Assembly (NCBI GenBank): GCA_026390935.1
Contig: JAPLEZ010000152.1
Coordinates: 1,293-65,292, forward strand
Reading direction: 5' to 3'
Length of the DNA: 64,000 nucleotides
DNA from: Bacteroidota bacterium
GTDB taxonomy: Bacteria; Bacteroidota; Bacteroidia; Flavobacteriales_C; GCA-002722245
This document shows positions 11,589 through 21,371 of this stretch, one piece after another (position 1 is the first letter of the stretch; every line of letters begins with the position of its first letter). The position numbers were made by a program, and so were the translations under genes. The notes beneath the pieces were generated by a model that ran no database searches, had not been told where the DNA came from, and saw only the letters and a program-made list of their open reading frames with translations.

Positions 11589-12699
11589 TATTGTCGCCGA
11601 TGTCGGTTAAAGCATAGTCTAGAGAAAATCCAGCCAGTTTCAATCCCAAACCTATATTGGGTTGAAAAGTGGTTATTTTTTCACCTTTAAAATTGCTTTC
11701 TTTTTGAATATTTCCTGCACCTCCACGGATGTAAATCATGTTTTTGTAACTCAATTGTAATCCGATATGCGGATCGATACTTGCGAAATTGGAAGAAACC
11801 AAAGTATTTCTTTTACCATCGAAGGTCATATCTAAATCCAACTCTGGATAAATCCCAAAATCATCTTTCACTGTAAATTGGTGTCCTGCGGCCAGAATTA
11901 ATCGAGGTAATGCAATTTCAATACTGTTGGTTGGCATTGCATTCCCGGTGGCGGCAAATACATCTTTAAATTGGTCGAGGTTAAAACTCCAGGCACTAAA
12001 AGTGGAAGTAACATCTCTTGCCATTGCGGCAAAGCGCCAGTTACCAGTTTGGTATTGAGCGCCTCCATCTAAGCCGAATCCCCAAGCGTGTGCGAAGGCT
12101 CCCACCTGACGATAGATCACTTTAGCGCTTCCTCCAATGCTCAAACCTTCAACTCCTGTTTTGCGAGCATAAGAAAATAAAAATGCGTTGTCGGCCGAAG
12201 AGAAAGAAGTGATTTTATCATAATTGATGTTGCCATTGGCGTCAATTAAATCGGCGGTGTTAGGAATGTTATCTACGCCAAATCTCATGTAGCTGATGCT
12301 CGCTGCTGATTGGTCGTCGATTTTAAATGCAACTGCGCCGTATTCGTACTGCGCAATACTTGCAAAGTAAGAAGCGTGCATTAATCCAATTTCAATATTA
12401 TTTTCTATTCGCGTTAATCCGGCAGGATTCCAGTATCCAGATGTAACGTCTCCTACCAAAGCAGTGTTTGAATTCGACATTCCTAGGGCGCTTGCGCCTA
12501 CACCGATGTTCAAAAATTCGTTGCTGTATTTTCTAACGGTTTGAGATTTTCCTTCATTAGGAAAAACGAAAACTGCTAGTAGTAGCAATATGCAGATTCT
12601 AAATTGATTCATGTATATTTTTAACCTGTGAAACGCGCCTAAAGTAAATATATTTTCTTTAATTTGTCCACTCAATTTTTTGAGGAAGTACCTATACAT
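11521..12699 (-). CDS. porV: T9SS outer-membrane shuttle protein PorV (LptO), FadL-like beta-barrel
   Basis: LNIGVGASALGMSNSNTALVGDVTSGYWNPAGL motif typical of PorV; likely true start at internal Met near 12612 (MNQFRICILLLLAVFVFP signal); adjacent to porU. Confidence 0.75.
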   Translation of the reverse strand: MYRYFLKKLSGQIKENIFTLGAFHRLKIYMNQFRICILLLLAVFVFPNEGKSQTVRKYSNEFLNIGVGASALGMSNSNTALVGDVTSGYWNPAGLTRIENNIEIGLMHASYFASIAQYEYGAVAFKIDDQSAASISYMRFGVDNIPNTADLIDANGNINYDKITSFSSADNAFLFSYARKTGVEGLSIGGSAKVIYRQVGAFAHAWGFGLDGGAQYQTGNWRFAAMARDVTSTFSAWSFNLDQFKDVFAATGNAMPTNSIEIALPRLILAAGHQFTVKDDFGIYPELDLDMTFDGKRNTLVSSNFASIDPHIGLQLSYKNMIYIRGGAGNIQKESNFKGEKITTFQPNIGLGLKLAGFSLDYALTDIGDNSAAVYSNVFSLRIDINRGFMRR

Positions 12700-12719
12700 A
12701 TTAATAAAGACGCATTTTC

Positions 12720-13424
12720 TTGTTTAATCTACCTAATATAATAACGCTGTGCAATTTAATTTGTGGGTGTTTGGCCATACAATCGGTGTTTATTTCTGGC
12801 TTTGCGTTTGATGCTCAGCCTGCTTTTATACCTGCATTTTGGTTTTTGGTTGCAGCGGCGGTATTTGATTTTTTTGATGGCTTTGCAGCGCGTTTATTAA
12901 AAATACAATCTCCCATTGGAAAGCAGCTGGATTCCTTAGCTGATGTGGTTACTTTTGGTGTAGCGCCTGGAATGATTATGTATCAGTATCTTGAAAATAT
13001 TCAATCGGATTTCAGTTACATAGCTTTGCTAATTCCTCTTTTTTCAGCTTTGCGTTTGGCAAAATTTAATGTTGACGAAAGACAAAACGAAGGTTTTTTA
13101 GGTTTGCCAACTCCAGCCAATGCTTTGTTTTTTGCAGCTCTGGCAACATTTAATAATAGCGGACAGATGTTGCATCTTGAAATTTTAAACAATCAATATA
13201 TAATAGGAGCAATTGTACTGGTGTTTTGCTTCATCATGATTTCCGAAATACCTTTACTGGCTCTTAAATTCAAATCCTTTAAATGGAAGGACAATCAGCT
13301 GAAATACATTTTTTTAATTTTAGGAGTGGTGCTTGGTGCAATATTTTTAATTCAGGCAACGCCTTTTATTATACTTTTGTACATCTTAGTGAGTGTTATC
13401 AATAACAAATTGACCAGAATATAA
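12720..13424 (+). CDS. pssA: CDP-diacylglycerol--serine O-phosphatidyltransferase (CDP-alcohol phosphatidyltransferase family)
   Basis: DFFDGFAARLL...GKQLDSLADVVTFGVAP CDP-alcohol transferase motif; 234 aa multi-TM, size typical of Bacteroidetes PssA. Confidence 0.75.
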   Translation: MFNLPNIITLCNLICGCLAIQSVFISGFAFDAQPAFIPAFWFLVAAAVFDFFDGFAARLLKIQSPIGKQLDSLADVVTFGVAPGMIMYQYLENIQSDFSYIALLIPLFSALRLAKFNVDERQNEGFLGLPTPANALFFAALATFNNSGQMLHLEILNNQYIIGAIVLVFCFIMISEIPLLALKFKSFKWKDNQLKYIFLILGVVLGAIFLIQATPFIILLYILVSVINNKLTRI

Positions 13425-13435
13425 AATCAACAGAT

Positions 13436-13687
13436 ATGAAATTCAAAGCAGAAATTGACATCATGCCTTTAAAAGCATTATTGGATCCACAGGGAAAAGC
13501 AGTTGGTCACAGCATGAAAAACATTGGTTTATCGGAAATAGGCAATGTGCGTATTGGAAAACACATTTCGTTAGAGCTGGAAGCTGCCGATAAAAAGGAA
13601 GCAGAAGGTAAAGTGGATACGGCCTGCAAAAAATTACTGGCCAACCAAATCATGGAAAGCTATGAATTTTCTTTAACGGAAGTTTAG
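13436..13687 (+). CDS. purS: phosphoribosylformylglycinamidine synthase subunit PurS
   Basis: 83 aa; MKFKAEIDIMPLKALLDPQGKAVGHSMKNIGLSEIGNVRIGKHISLE matches PurS. Confidence 0.85.
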   Translation: MKFKAEIDIMPLKALLDPQGKAVGHSMKNIGLSEIGNVRIGKHISLELEAADKKEAEGKVDTACKKLLANQIMESYEFSLTEV

Positions 13688-13773
13688 TAGCGATTTCCGT
13701 TCACAGATAAAAAGCAGTCGTTCATCGAATTTAGAAAGCGTTTAATCTAAATTTCGTTTTTTGTCCTTTACAA

Positions 13774-15021
13774 GTGGTTAAATCCGTCGTATTATTGCGG
13801 CGTGGAATAACTAACTCTTGTATTATGAAGGTAAACGCAACGCGTGCACTACTACTTGCATGCGCACTATTCACAGGAAATCTGTTGGCACAAACGTATG
13901 CCACCCTTCCTCTCACCGATAATTTTACTGCTGGTTCATTAGGTGCTTCATGGAGCACCTCATCTTCCGATGCTGCCGGAGTGCTTGCTCCATTAAATCT
14001 TTCGGGGGCATGGCCTCAATTTGGCACTACCACCGATGCAAGCAGCACTTCTACCGGAGGAAATGGATTGGCAATTTATAATACATCGACTTTAGCCACT
14101 GAGAATCAACTTTCTGCAAAACTTGCTTTGAACTTGGCTACTTTGCAAGGAGTGTCGGTTAAGTTTTCTGTAGTGGATTGGGGCACAGGCGCCAACTGGG
14201 GAGCAGGATCAACACAATGTATGGACTCACTGAAAGTATATTTGTCTACAAATGGTGGAACATCTTTCGGAGCAACCTACACTTTAGTGAATCTAAATCA
14301 ATTGCCATATTCTGATGGTATATGGAACAACGTGTCTGTTGACATATCAGCAATTGCGACGGCGAACAGTTTAACAATGACTTCAACTTCGGTGGTGAAA
14401 TTTGTTTTCAATTTAAAAGGAAGCGGTGATATTGTAAATCCGAAATCAGGAAATCAGTTCATTTATATAGACAACTTCAAAGCAAATTACACTTCCATTT
14501 TACCAGTGAAATTGCTTTATTTCAATGGTGAGAAGGAGAAAGAAGGAAATTTGCTTACTTGGTCAACAGTCACTGAAATCAATAATGATCATTTTGAGAT
14601 TTTGCGTTCTTATGACGGAACTTATTTTGAATCCATATACTCTGTTGAAGGAAAAGGCAACTATTCTGGAATTTCAAATTACTCCTTTTATGATGATTCA
14701 TATAACAAGGGAGTGGTGTATTACAGATTGAAACAAATAGATATTGATGGCTCAACAAGCTATTCAAACATCATTTCATTGGAGGACAAACAAGAAATCA
14801 GCATCAAGCGTTTCTCCGAACAGTCGTTGAGCATCAGTGGAGAAAATTTGAGTGCCGTGGAAGTGTATGATTTAAATGGAAAATTGATCGCCATTCAATC
14901 TTTGAATAAAGGTTTGGCTGCACAAATAGTTTCTTTTGATTATTCAGTACTGTCGGAAAGCATTTATTTGGTAAGGGTGGTTGGAGGCGAGACGGCCTTT
15001 ACTCAGAAAATCATGTTTTAA
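13774..15021 (+). CDS. secreted protein with T9SS C-terminal sorting domain (T9SS cargo), function unknown
   Basis: Signal peptide from internal Met at about 13825 (MKVNATRALLLACALFTGNLLAQ); C-terminal Por_Secre_tail-like beta-sandwich ending ...SIYLVRVVGGETAFTQKIMF. Confidence 0.7.
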   Translation: MVKSVVLLRRGITNSCIMKVNATRALLLACALFTGNLLAQTYATLPLTDNFTAGSLGASWSTSSSDAAGVLAPLNLSGAWPQFGTTTDASSTSTGGNGLAIYNTSTLATENQLSAKLALNLATLQGVSVKFSVVDWGTGANWGAGSTQCMDSLKVYLSTNGGTSFGATYTLVNLNQLPYSDGIWNNVSVDISAIATANSLTMTSTSVVKFVFNLKGSGDIVNPKSGNQFIYIDNFKANYTSILPVKLLYFNGEKEKEGNLLTWSTVTEINNDHFEILRSYDGTYFESIYSVEGKGNYSGISNYSFYDDSYNKGVVYYRLKQIDIDGSTSYSNIISLEDKQEISIKRFSEQSLSISGENLSAVEVYDLNGKLIAIQSLNKGLAAQIVSFDYSVLSESIYLVRVVGGETAFTQKIMF

Positions 15022-15060
15022 CCTTCGTTGAATTTGTCTAGTTGTTTTTCAAAAAATAAT

Positions 15061-15092
15061 AAAGCCTGTTTAAAAACATTAAACAGGCTTTG
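15061..15092. terminator. bidirectional intrinsic terminator between convergent genes
   Basis: Perfect 13-bp stem aaagcctgtttaa/ttaaacaggcttt with 6-nt loop, T/A-rich on both flanks. Confidence 0.7.
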
Positions 15093-15114
15093 TCTGGTGA
15101 ATTTTTAAAGGTTT

Positions 15115-15720
15115 TCAATCTGTTATTTCAGATTTCATTATAGATGATAAATCGAATTTTCCAGTGATTCCAAGTCCAAAATAGAAAGTGCCGCCATCAC
15201 CGTCTGCAAGCATACTACTTCGTATTTCTGGTTCAAGCATAAAGTTGTTTTTTAAGTAATACGACCTGCTTAGCTTTAAACTTACACCACTTCTCCATTC
15301 AGCGTAAGCAGAAGGATAAAAAAATGGCTTTGAATCTGGAATTTCAGTATAAATTTTATCACCTACTAGATAGTCGAAATTAAAACCTATCGAAAAATTA
15401 AGTTTGTTCCAGTAATGCTTGTAATAAAGGGGAAAGGAAATATAGCGGTGAATTACCACAGCATCATAAGTTTTTATCGTTGTATCAAAAATGGTTGCTG
15501 TTGCATCTTCCAAAATTCCCCTATAAAATAGGCCAGCTTCCAAACCATGATGCTCTCGAAACTTTTTTTCAAACGTTATTCCGCTTCCAAAACGGGGATT
15601 ATAATCTCCTAATAGTTCACAATTAATATTCGCTCCGATATATATATATTTTTGAGCTATAGCGTTTATGAAGCAGGTAGCTACTAGAAAAATAATAATA
15701 CACAATTCTTTGATTTTCAT
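15115..15720 (-). CDS. outer-membrane beta-barrel (porin-family-like) protein, hypothetical
   Basis: Signal peptide; alternating aromatic/hydrophobic beta-strand pattern; ends in aromatic-rich C-terminus; 201 aa. Confidence 0.5.
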   Translation of the reverse strand: MKIKELCIIIFLVATCFINAIAQKYIYIGANINCELLGDYNPRFGSGITFEKKFREHHGLEAGLFYRGILEDATATIFDTTIKTYDAVVIHRYISFPLYYKHYWNKLNFSIGFNFDYLVGDKIYTEIPDSKPFFYPSAYAEWRSGVSLKLSRSYYLKNNFMLEPEIRSSMLADGDGGTFYFGLGITGKFDLSSIMKSEITD

Positions 15721-15770
15721 TAAATTGATTTTTGTTGTTTTAAATGAGATTCTGTGTTTTTTATTTAGCG

Positions 15771-16910
15771 TTAATTTAAATCGAACTTAAACGATCCCCA
15801 ATTATGTTCTACACTAGTATCAAAAAAATTAACATAGCTTTCAGATACAGTGATGTCCTTTGTTGTGCCACTTATAGTTGTGCTCAATGTTGCGCCATTC
15901 GCTAAAGGCAAGTTAACATTTCTAGTTGTGCTATTTCCTGAATCTTCTTCAATAAAAATAAATTTACGATTAAGATCTTGATCGGCAGTATTCCAAATAG
16001 GTAAAGTAATTAAAACATAATTCCATTTTACTTTTGTGCCGCCAAGCCATTGTTTTGGCCAATAAAATTGATTTAATTGAGCTGTTCCTCCTAAGTTATA
16101 TACGACATAGGATTTAATGTCAGGTTCGCCATCAAGCCATGCTTCCACGCTTCTAAGTGCTGAGTAAGAAGTAAAAGAAGCTCGTGTAATTTTGGTGGCT
16201 CTAGTTGCTTGTGTTTTAAATGAAGATTGGTTAGAATCAATGTTGTTTTCATTCGTTAAATGCCCTGATCGTTCATTGCTAGACACTACTAAATAGTTTT
16301 TTGTTGGATCAATATCGGAACGTACAGTAGTTTCCGAACCATCTTTATTGATTACTAAAAGATCAATAGGGACGTTGTTTTCAATTTCAAATGGTCTAAT
16401 AACGATCCCTTCAAATGATAGTGAATCATTAGAATTTCCTAAGAAGAAATAAAGTTGAATTAAGGAATCATTTTCAATTAAATTTTCCGAAAAATTTTCA
16501 CCAGTTTTATTTGAACCTTCTATAGATGCTAATTCATTTAAAACAGTTCCAAAAGTTTTTGTCCCATTGGTTTTTGACGTCTGAGCATTTGGAGCACTTA
16601 CTGTTTGTGAAAACAGTGTGCTACACAATACATTTCGGTCTCCATCAAATTTTTCATTACATGCAGAAATTGTTTGTGTTGCCATTTCTGGATTTGTTTT
16701 GAATGCTTCCACCAAAGTTTTAGCAAGATCAACCCGTTGTTGGCTGATTGGATCAGAATAATCAGCCGTTTTTCCAACTAAATTGACTGAATCTTCAGTT
16801 AGTGCTTGAGAATCTTTTTTACACGAAAAGAATAAGCTTGAAATTGCAACTATTGCAATTAAACAGAAATAATTAGGGGATTTCATAAATGGACGGTTAG
16901 GTTTATACAT
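15771..16910 (-). CDS. hypothetical lipoprotein
   Basis: Lipobox-like LFFSCKK after signal peptide; no recognisable domain. Confidence 0.5.
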   Translation of the reverse strand: MYKPNRPFMKSPNYFCLIAIVAISSLFFSCKKDSQALTEDSVNLVGKTADYSDPISQQRVDLAKTLVEAFKTNPEMATQTISACNEKFDGDRNVLCSTLFSQTVSAPNAQTSKTNGTKTFGTVLNELASIEGSNKTGENFSENLIENDSLIQLYFFLGNSNDSLSFEGIVIRPFEIENNVPIDLLVINKDGSETTVRSDIDPTKNYLVVSSNERSGHLTNENNIDSNQSSFKTQATRATKITRASFTSYSALRSVEAWLDGEPDIKSYVVYNLGGTAQLNQFYWPKQWLGGTKVKWNYVLITLPIWNTADQDLNRKFIFIEEDSGNSTTRNVNLPLANGATLSTTISGTTKDITVSESYVNFFDTSVEHNWGSFKFDLN

Positions 16911-17107
16911 TAAATTAGGTGGAGCAAACCTATTTTTTTTTTTTTAATTCCGCAATAATTTCTCTTTTTTTTTGAGTGGCGTCACCTTATACTACATAAA
17001 TGCACTTTATCGGATTTTTCAGTGGATTCATCTGTTGTAGTGAAGAATTGAGCGGTGTTTTTATAACCTGAGTTCGGGATAAAAATGGGGCTATTGGCTT
17101 ATAAGGC

Positions 17108-17839
17108 TTAACTCATTTTCCTCAACACAAAATTCTGTCCGAGGTAAACTCTTCTCACTTGTTCATCAGCCGCCAATTCCTCAGCAGATCCTGTTTTCAG
17201 GATTTTTCCTTCAAACAATAAGTAAGCGCGATTGGTGATGTGCAGGGTTTCCTGCACGTTGTGATCGGTAATTAAGATGCCGATATTTTTGTCTTTCAAT
17301 CCGTTGACAATGCTTTGAATGTCTTCCACGGCAATAGGGTCAACCCCTGCGAAAGGCTCATCCAGCAATATAAATTTAGGCTCTACGGTTAAGCAGCGCG
17401 CAATTTCAGTTCTTCTTTTTTCACCACCCGACAAAACCTCGCCTTTGGTTTTTCGTACTTTTTGCAAACCGAATTCATCCAGCAAAGTTTCCAGTTTGAA
17501 CTCCTGTTCTTTTTTGGTGAGTTTAGTCATTTCTAAAATCGACTTGATGTTGTCTTCCACCGTCATTTTTCTGAAAACAGAAACCTCTTGTGGTAAATAA
17601 CCAATGCCCATTTGCGCCCTTTTGTACATGGGCATTTTGGTGATGTTCAAATCATCTAAAAAAACATTTCCTTCATCCGGACGAATAAAGCCCACTATCA
17701 TGTAAAATGAAGTGGTTTTTCCAGCGCCGTTCGGTCCCAGCAAACCCACAATTTCACCTTGTTTTACTTCCACCGAAACATCATTTACAACGGTGCGGCC
17801 CTTGTAAGTCTTTACTAAATTTCGTGTGGATAATATCAT
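17108..17839 (-). CDS. lptB: LPS export ABC transporter ATP-binding protein LptB
   Basis: Near-colinear with E. coli LptB ([13 protein letters not shown]...[16 protein letters not shown]...LSGGEKRR...[15 protein letters not shown]...[10 protein letters not shown]). Confidence 0.9.
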   Translation of the reverse strand: MILSTRNLVKTYKGRTVVNDVSVEVKQGEIVGLLGPNGAGKTTSFYMIVGFIRPDEGNVFLDDLNITKMPMYKRAQMGIGYLPQEVSVFRKMTVEDNIKSILEMTKLTKKEQEFKLETLLDEFGLQKVRKTKGEVLSGGEKRRTEIARCLTVEPKFILLDEPFAGVDPIAVEDIQSIVNGLKDKNIGILITDHNVQETLHITNRAYLLFEGKILKTGSAEELAADEQVRRVYLGQNFVLRKMS

Positions 17840-17842
17840 GGC

Positions 17843-18697
17843 TTATGCTTCTTTTTCTTTTTTGCGCTGAATCATTGCGGAAAGCAAGATACTGATTTCA
17901 TATAAAATGATGAGCGGAATACTTACTACTATCTGACTGAATACATCTGGCGGAGTGATAATCGCTGCAATGATCAATATTACAACAATGGCGTGTTTTC
18001 TGAATTTTCTTAAAAATGCAGGTGATACAATTCCAAAACTTGACAATAGATAAATGATGATAGGCAACTCAAAAGCCAAACCTGTGGCTAAAGTGGTAGT
18101 AGCCAAAACACCCATGTACGAATTGAGCGTTGGTAATTTTTTTACCATTTCGTGGGCCGAGAAAGTTCCAAGGAAACTAATGGATAGCGGACTGATTACA
18201 TAATATCCGAATAATACACCCGAGAGAAAAAGCACTGAAGTCCAAAATACAAATCCACGCGCTTTGCCTGCTTCTTTTTTGTGCAATGCCGGTCGGATGA
18301 AAGTCCAAATTTGCCAAAATAAAAACGGAGCGGCAACGATGCAACCAACTATAAACGACACCATCATTACTGCCGAGAAATCGCCGCCCATCGTAGTGGT
18401 GGTGATTTCCAAAGGCAATTTGTCAAAGCAGCCGGCATCGGCATCAGCCAAGCCAGGAGCGTAAACAGCGAGTTTTTTTGAAACTTCGCACATGATTTCA
18501 TAAGTAGGAAAAGAGGATTTTAGCGGCGCTAAAATAATGAAGTCGAAAATTTCATAATAGTAAATGAAAGCAGCAACTGTAAAAATCCCAATGACCAATG
18601 CCGAACGCAGCAAAACCTTTCGCAAGGCCTCAAGATGGCCGAGAAAGGAAAGGTTGTTGTGCTTGTGGTCGCTGTTGGGTCCGCGTTCGTCTTCCAT
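17843..18697 (-). CDS. tatC: twin-arginine translocase subunit TatC
   Basis: LSFLGHLEALRKVLL N-terminal TatC motif, six TM segments, 284 aa. Confidence 0.85.
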   Translation of the reverse strand: MEDERGPNSDHKHNNLSFLGHLEALRKVLLRSALVIGIFTVAAFIYYYEIFDFIILAPLKSSFPTYEIMCEVSKKLAVYAPGLADADAGCFDKLPLEITTTTMGGDFSAVMMVSFIVGCIVAAPFLFWQIWTFIRPALHKKEAGKARGFVFWTSVLFLSGVLFGYYVISPLSISFLGTFSAHEMVKKLPTLNSYMGVLATTTLATGLAFELPIIIYLLSSFGIVSPAFLRKFRKHAIVVILIIAAIITPPDVFSQIVVSIPLIILYEISILLSAMIQRKKEKEA

Positions 18698-18749
18698 TAA
18701 AAAAGTTCAAAGTTTAAAGTTCAGAGTTTAAAGTTAGCAGAGTTTAACT

Positions 18750-20297
18750 TTACACCAGTTTTTTTAACGCACTACTCAAATCTACTTTTTCGCGGATTAT
18801 TCTTTCCAGCTGATCTACAGCAACTCTCTCTTGTTTCATGGTATCGCGATCACGAATGGTGACCATGTTGTCCTCCAAAGTTTGTGGATCTATCGTTACG
18901 CAAAATGGTGTTCCGTATGCATCATGTCTTCTGTAACGCTTACCAATAGCATCTTTTTCTTCGTAGTGACAGTTGAAAGAAAATTTCAATTGATCCATAA
19001 TTTCTCTTGCTTTTTCCGGCAAGCCATCTTTTTTCATGAGTGGAAGAATGGCTACTTTATATGGAGCAAGGAAAGGAGGGAGGCTCAGCACTACTCGTGT
19101 GGATCCGTCTTCCAAAGTTTCTTCTTTGTAAGAAGCAGATAAAATAGACAAGAACATTCTGTCCAATCCAACCGAAGTTTCCACTACATAAGGAACGTAG
19201 TTTTCATTCAGTTCGGGATCAAAATATTGTAATTTCTTTTTGGAGAATTCCTGGTGTGCGTTCAAATCGAAATTGGTGCGAGAGTGAATTCCTTCCAGTT
19301 CCTTGAATCCCATTGGGAATTCAAATTCAATGTCGCAAGCTGCATCAGCATAATGTGCAGTTTTCAAGTGATCATGATATCTGTATTTTTTATCAGATAA
19401 ACCTAAGGCCTGGTGCCATTTCAAACGTGCTGTTTTCCAGTATTCGTACCAGTGTTTTTGTTCGCCTGGTTTTACAAAAAACTGCATTTCCATTTGCTCA
19501 AACTCACGCATTCTGAAGATGAACTGACGCGCTACAATCTCATTTCTGAAAGCTTTTCCGATTTGCGCTATACCGAAAGGAATTTTCATTCTTCCTGTTT
19601 TTTGCACGTTGAGGTAGTTCACAAAAATTCCTTGCGCAGTTTCTGGTCGAAGGTAAATTTTGTTCGCTCCTTCTGCCAATGAACCAATTTCAGTGGCGAA
19701 CATGAGGTTGAACTGACGAACTTCGGTCCAATTTTTAGTGCCTGATATCGGACAAGCGATTTCCAAATCAACAATGATTTGTTTCATCTCGTCCATGTTG
19801 GAATCTTCCAATGCCTTTTTAAATCGGGCATTGATTTCATCAATTTTCTTTTGGTATTCTACTACTCTCGGATTGGTAGATAAATATTGTGCTTCATCGA
19901 AAGCAGCACCGAAGCGCTCTTTTGCCTTTTCTACTTCTTTTTCAATTTTAGCGCGGAGCTTGTTCTCAATATATTCTTCAATGAGGACATCAGCGCGGTA
20001 TCTTTTTTTGGAATCTTTGTTATCAATCAAAGGATCATTGAACGCATCCACGTGTCCGGAAGCCTTCCAGGTAGTAGGGTGCATAAATATTGCAGAGTCA
20101 ATGCCCACAATATTTTCGTGCATTTGCACCATTGCTTTCCACCAATATTCCTTGATGTTGAATTTCAGTTCCGATCCTAGTTGCCCGTAGTCATACACGG
20201 CGCTCAATCCATCATAAATTTCACTTGATGGAAATACAAAGCCATACTCCTTCGCGTGGGAGATAATGGTTTTTAATTTTTCTTCATTTGTTGCCAT
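18750..20297 (-). CDS. glyQS: glycine--tRNA ligase (dimeric class II GlyRS)
   Basis: GFVFPSSEIYDGLSAVYDYGQLGSELKFNIKEYWW ... class II aaRS motifs; 515 aa. Confidence 0.9.
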   Translation of the reverse strand: MATNEEKLKTIISHAKEYGFVFPSSEIYDGLSAVYDYGQLGSELKFNIKEYWWKAMVQMHENIVGIDSAIFMHPTTWKASGHVDAFNDPLIDNKDSKKRYRADVLIEEYIENKLRAKIEKEVEKAKERFGAAFDEAQYLSTNPRVVEYQKKIDEINARFKKALEDSNMDEMKQIIVDLEIACPISGTKNWTEVRQFNLMFATEIGSLAEGANKIYLRPETAQGIFVNYLNVQKTGRMKIPFGIAQIGKAFRNEIVARQFIFRMREFEQMEMQFFVKPGEQKHWYEYWKTARLKWHQALGLSDKKYRYHDHLKTAHYADAACDIEFEFPMGFKELEGIHSRTNFDLNAHQEFSKKKLQYFDPELNENYVPYVVETSVGLDRMFLSILSASYKEETLEDGSTRVVLSLPPFLAPYKVAILPLMKKDGLPEKAREIMDQLKFSFNCHYEEKDAIGKRYRRHDAYGTPFCVTIDPQTLEDNMVTIRDRDTMKQERVAVDQLERIIREKVDLSSALKKLV

Positions 20298-20330
20298 AGC
20301 GCGAATTTAACGCAAATAAGTGATATTTTT

Positions 20331-20897
20331 GTGCGCATGATTGAAATTAACGATACCCTCATTTCCGACGAATTATTGGAAACCCGTTTTGTGTGCGACC
20401 TCACTGTTTGCAAGGGCGCATGCTGTGTAGAAGGTGATTCGGGCGCTCCACTGGAGAAAGATGAATTGGGTATTCTCGATGATATTTATGAAGATGTTAA
20501 ACCGTACATGGTTCCGGCCGGAATTGCTGAAATAGAAAAACAAGGAAGGTATGTGATTGATAGCGATGGAGATTTTGTAACTCCCTTAGTCAACAACAGA
20601 GAATGCGCCTATGTTTTTTTTGATGCAAAAGGCGTAACGAAATGTGCCATCGAAAAAGCTTATGAAGATGGAAAGGTCTCTTTCAAAAAACCAATTTCCT
20701 GTCATTTGTTTCCTGTGCGATTGAAAAAATACAGAACCTTTACTGCCGTTAATCTAGAGTCCTTGCAGGTTTGCGCAGGTGCCTTTGCCTGTGGTGCAAG
20801 ATTGCAAGTTCCGGTGTATCAATTTTTGAAAGGACCCCTCGTCCGCAAGTTTGGTGAAGAATGGTACGAAACCCTCGATGCTGTAGCTAAACGCTAA
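20331..20897 (+). CDS. DUF3109 family protein
   Basis: Cys-rich CDLTVCKGACCVEGDSGAPLEKDE motif characteristic of Bacteroidetes DUF3109. Confidence 0.7.
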   Translation: MRMIEINDTLISDELLETRFVCDLTVCKGACCVEGDSGAPLEKDELGILDDIYEDVKPYMVPAGIAEIEKQGRYVIDSDGDFVTPLVNNRECAYVFFDAKGVTKCAIEKAYEDGKVSFKKPISCHLFPVRLKKYRTFTAVNLESLQVCAGAFACGARLQVPVYQFLKGPLVRKFGEEWYETLDAVAKR

Positions 20898-21371
20898 AGG
20901 TTTCAGGACTTATTAACCTTCTCCTGTTCGTGTTTTCAAAAAACTTTTTCCCTTTTTCCTCTGTTTCAGAACTAACTTTAGAAGAGTAGACATTGATAGA
21001 CGAATTGCAAAAAATCATCGATCAATTTCACTTTAACAAAGCAGTACACACCAATCGTTCTTTCAATTATGAATGTGTCGGCAGAATATCGAGTTACAAA
21101 AATTTATTGCTTCAACTCTTTAACATGTATTCTTTAATCAGCTGTTTTTCAAAAGGCTAAATTGAATGTTTAAAACTTCAATGCTTTGTGAAAAACTATG
21201 GATTGGTACTACGATAAATTTTGTCAATTTTTGTATCCTGCTTCGGTTGACTGATTACAGCCAGTTAACCACAACTCAAAAACAGTTTGGCAGTCACACA
21301 TAAAAAGCTCTCCTCGCAAGGGAGAACAAGGATATAGTCTTCTTTAAGAACGAATAAAAAGTAAACGGGAA

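Noticed and set aside
12613-12699. N-terminal 29-aa extension of the porV ORF
   Set aside because: Extension lacks signal-peptide character, whereas the internal Met gives a canonical signal peptide; the longer ORF probably reflects the absence of an in-frame stop rather than real coding sequence.
18702-18751. Possible CRISPR-like array from short tandem repeats
   Set aside because: Only about 2.5 units of a 13-19-bp AT-rich repeat with no spacers of regular length and no cas genes; too short and irregular.
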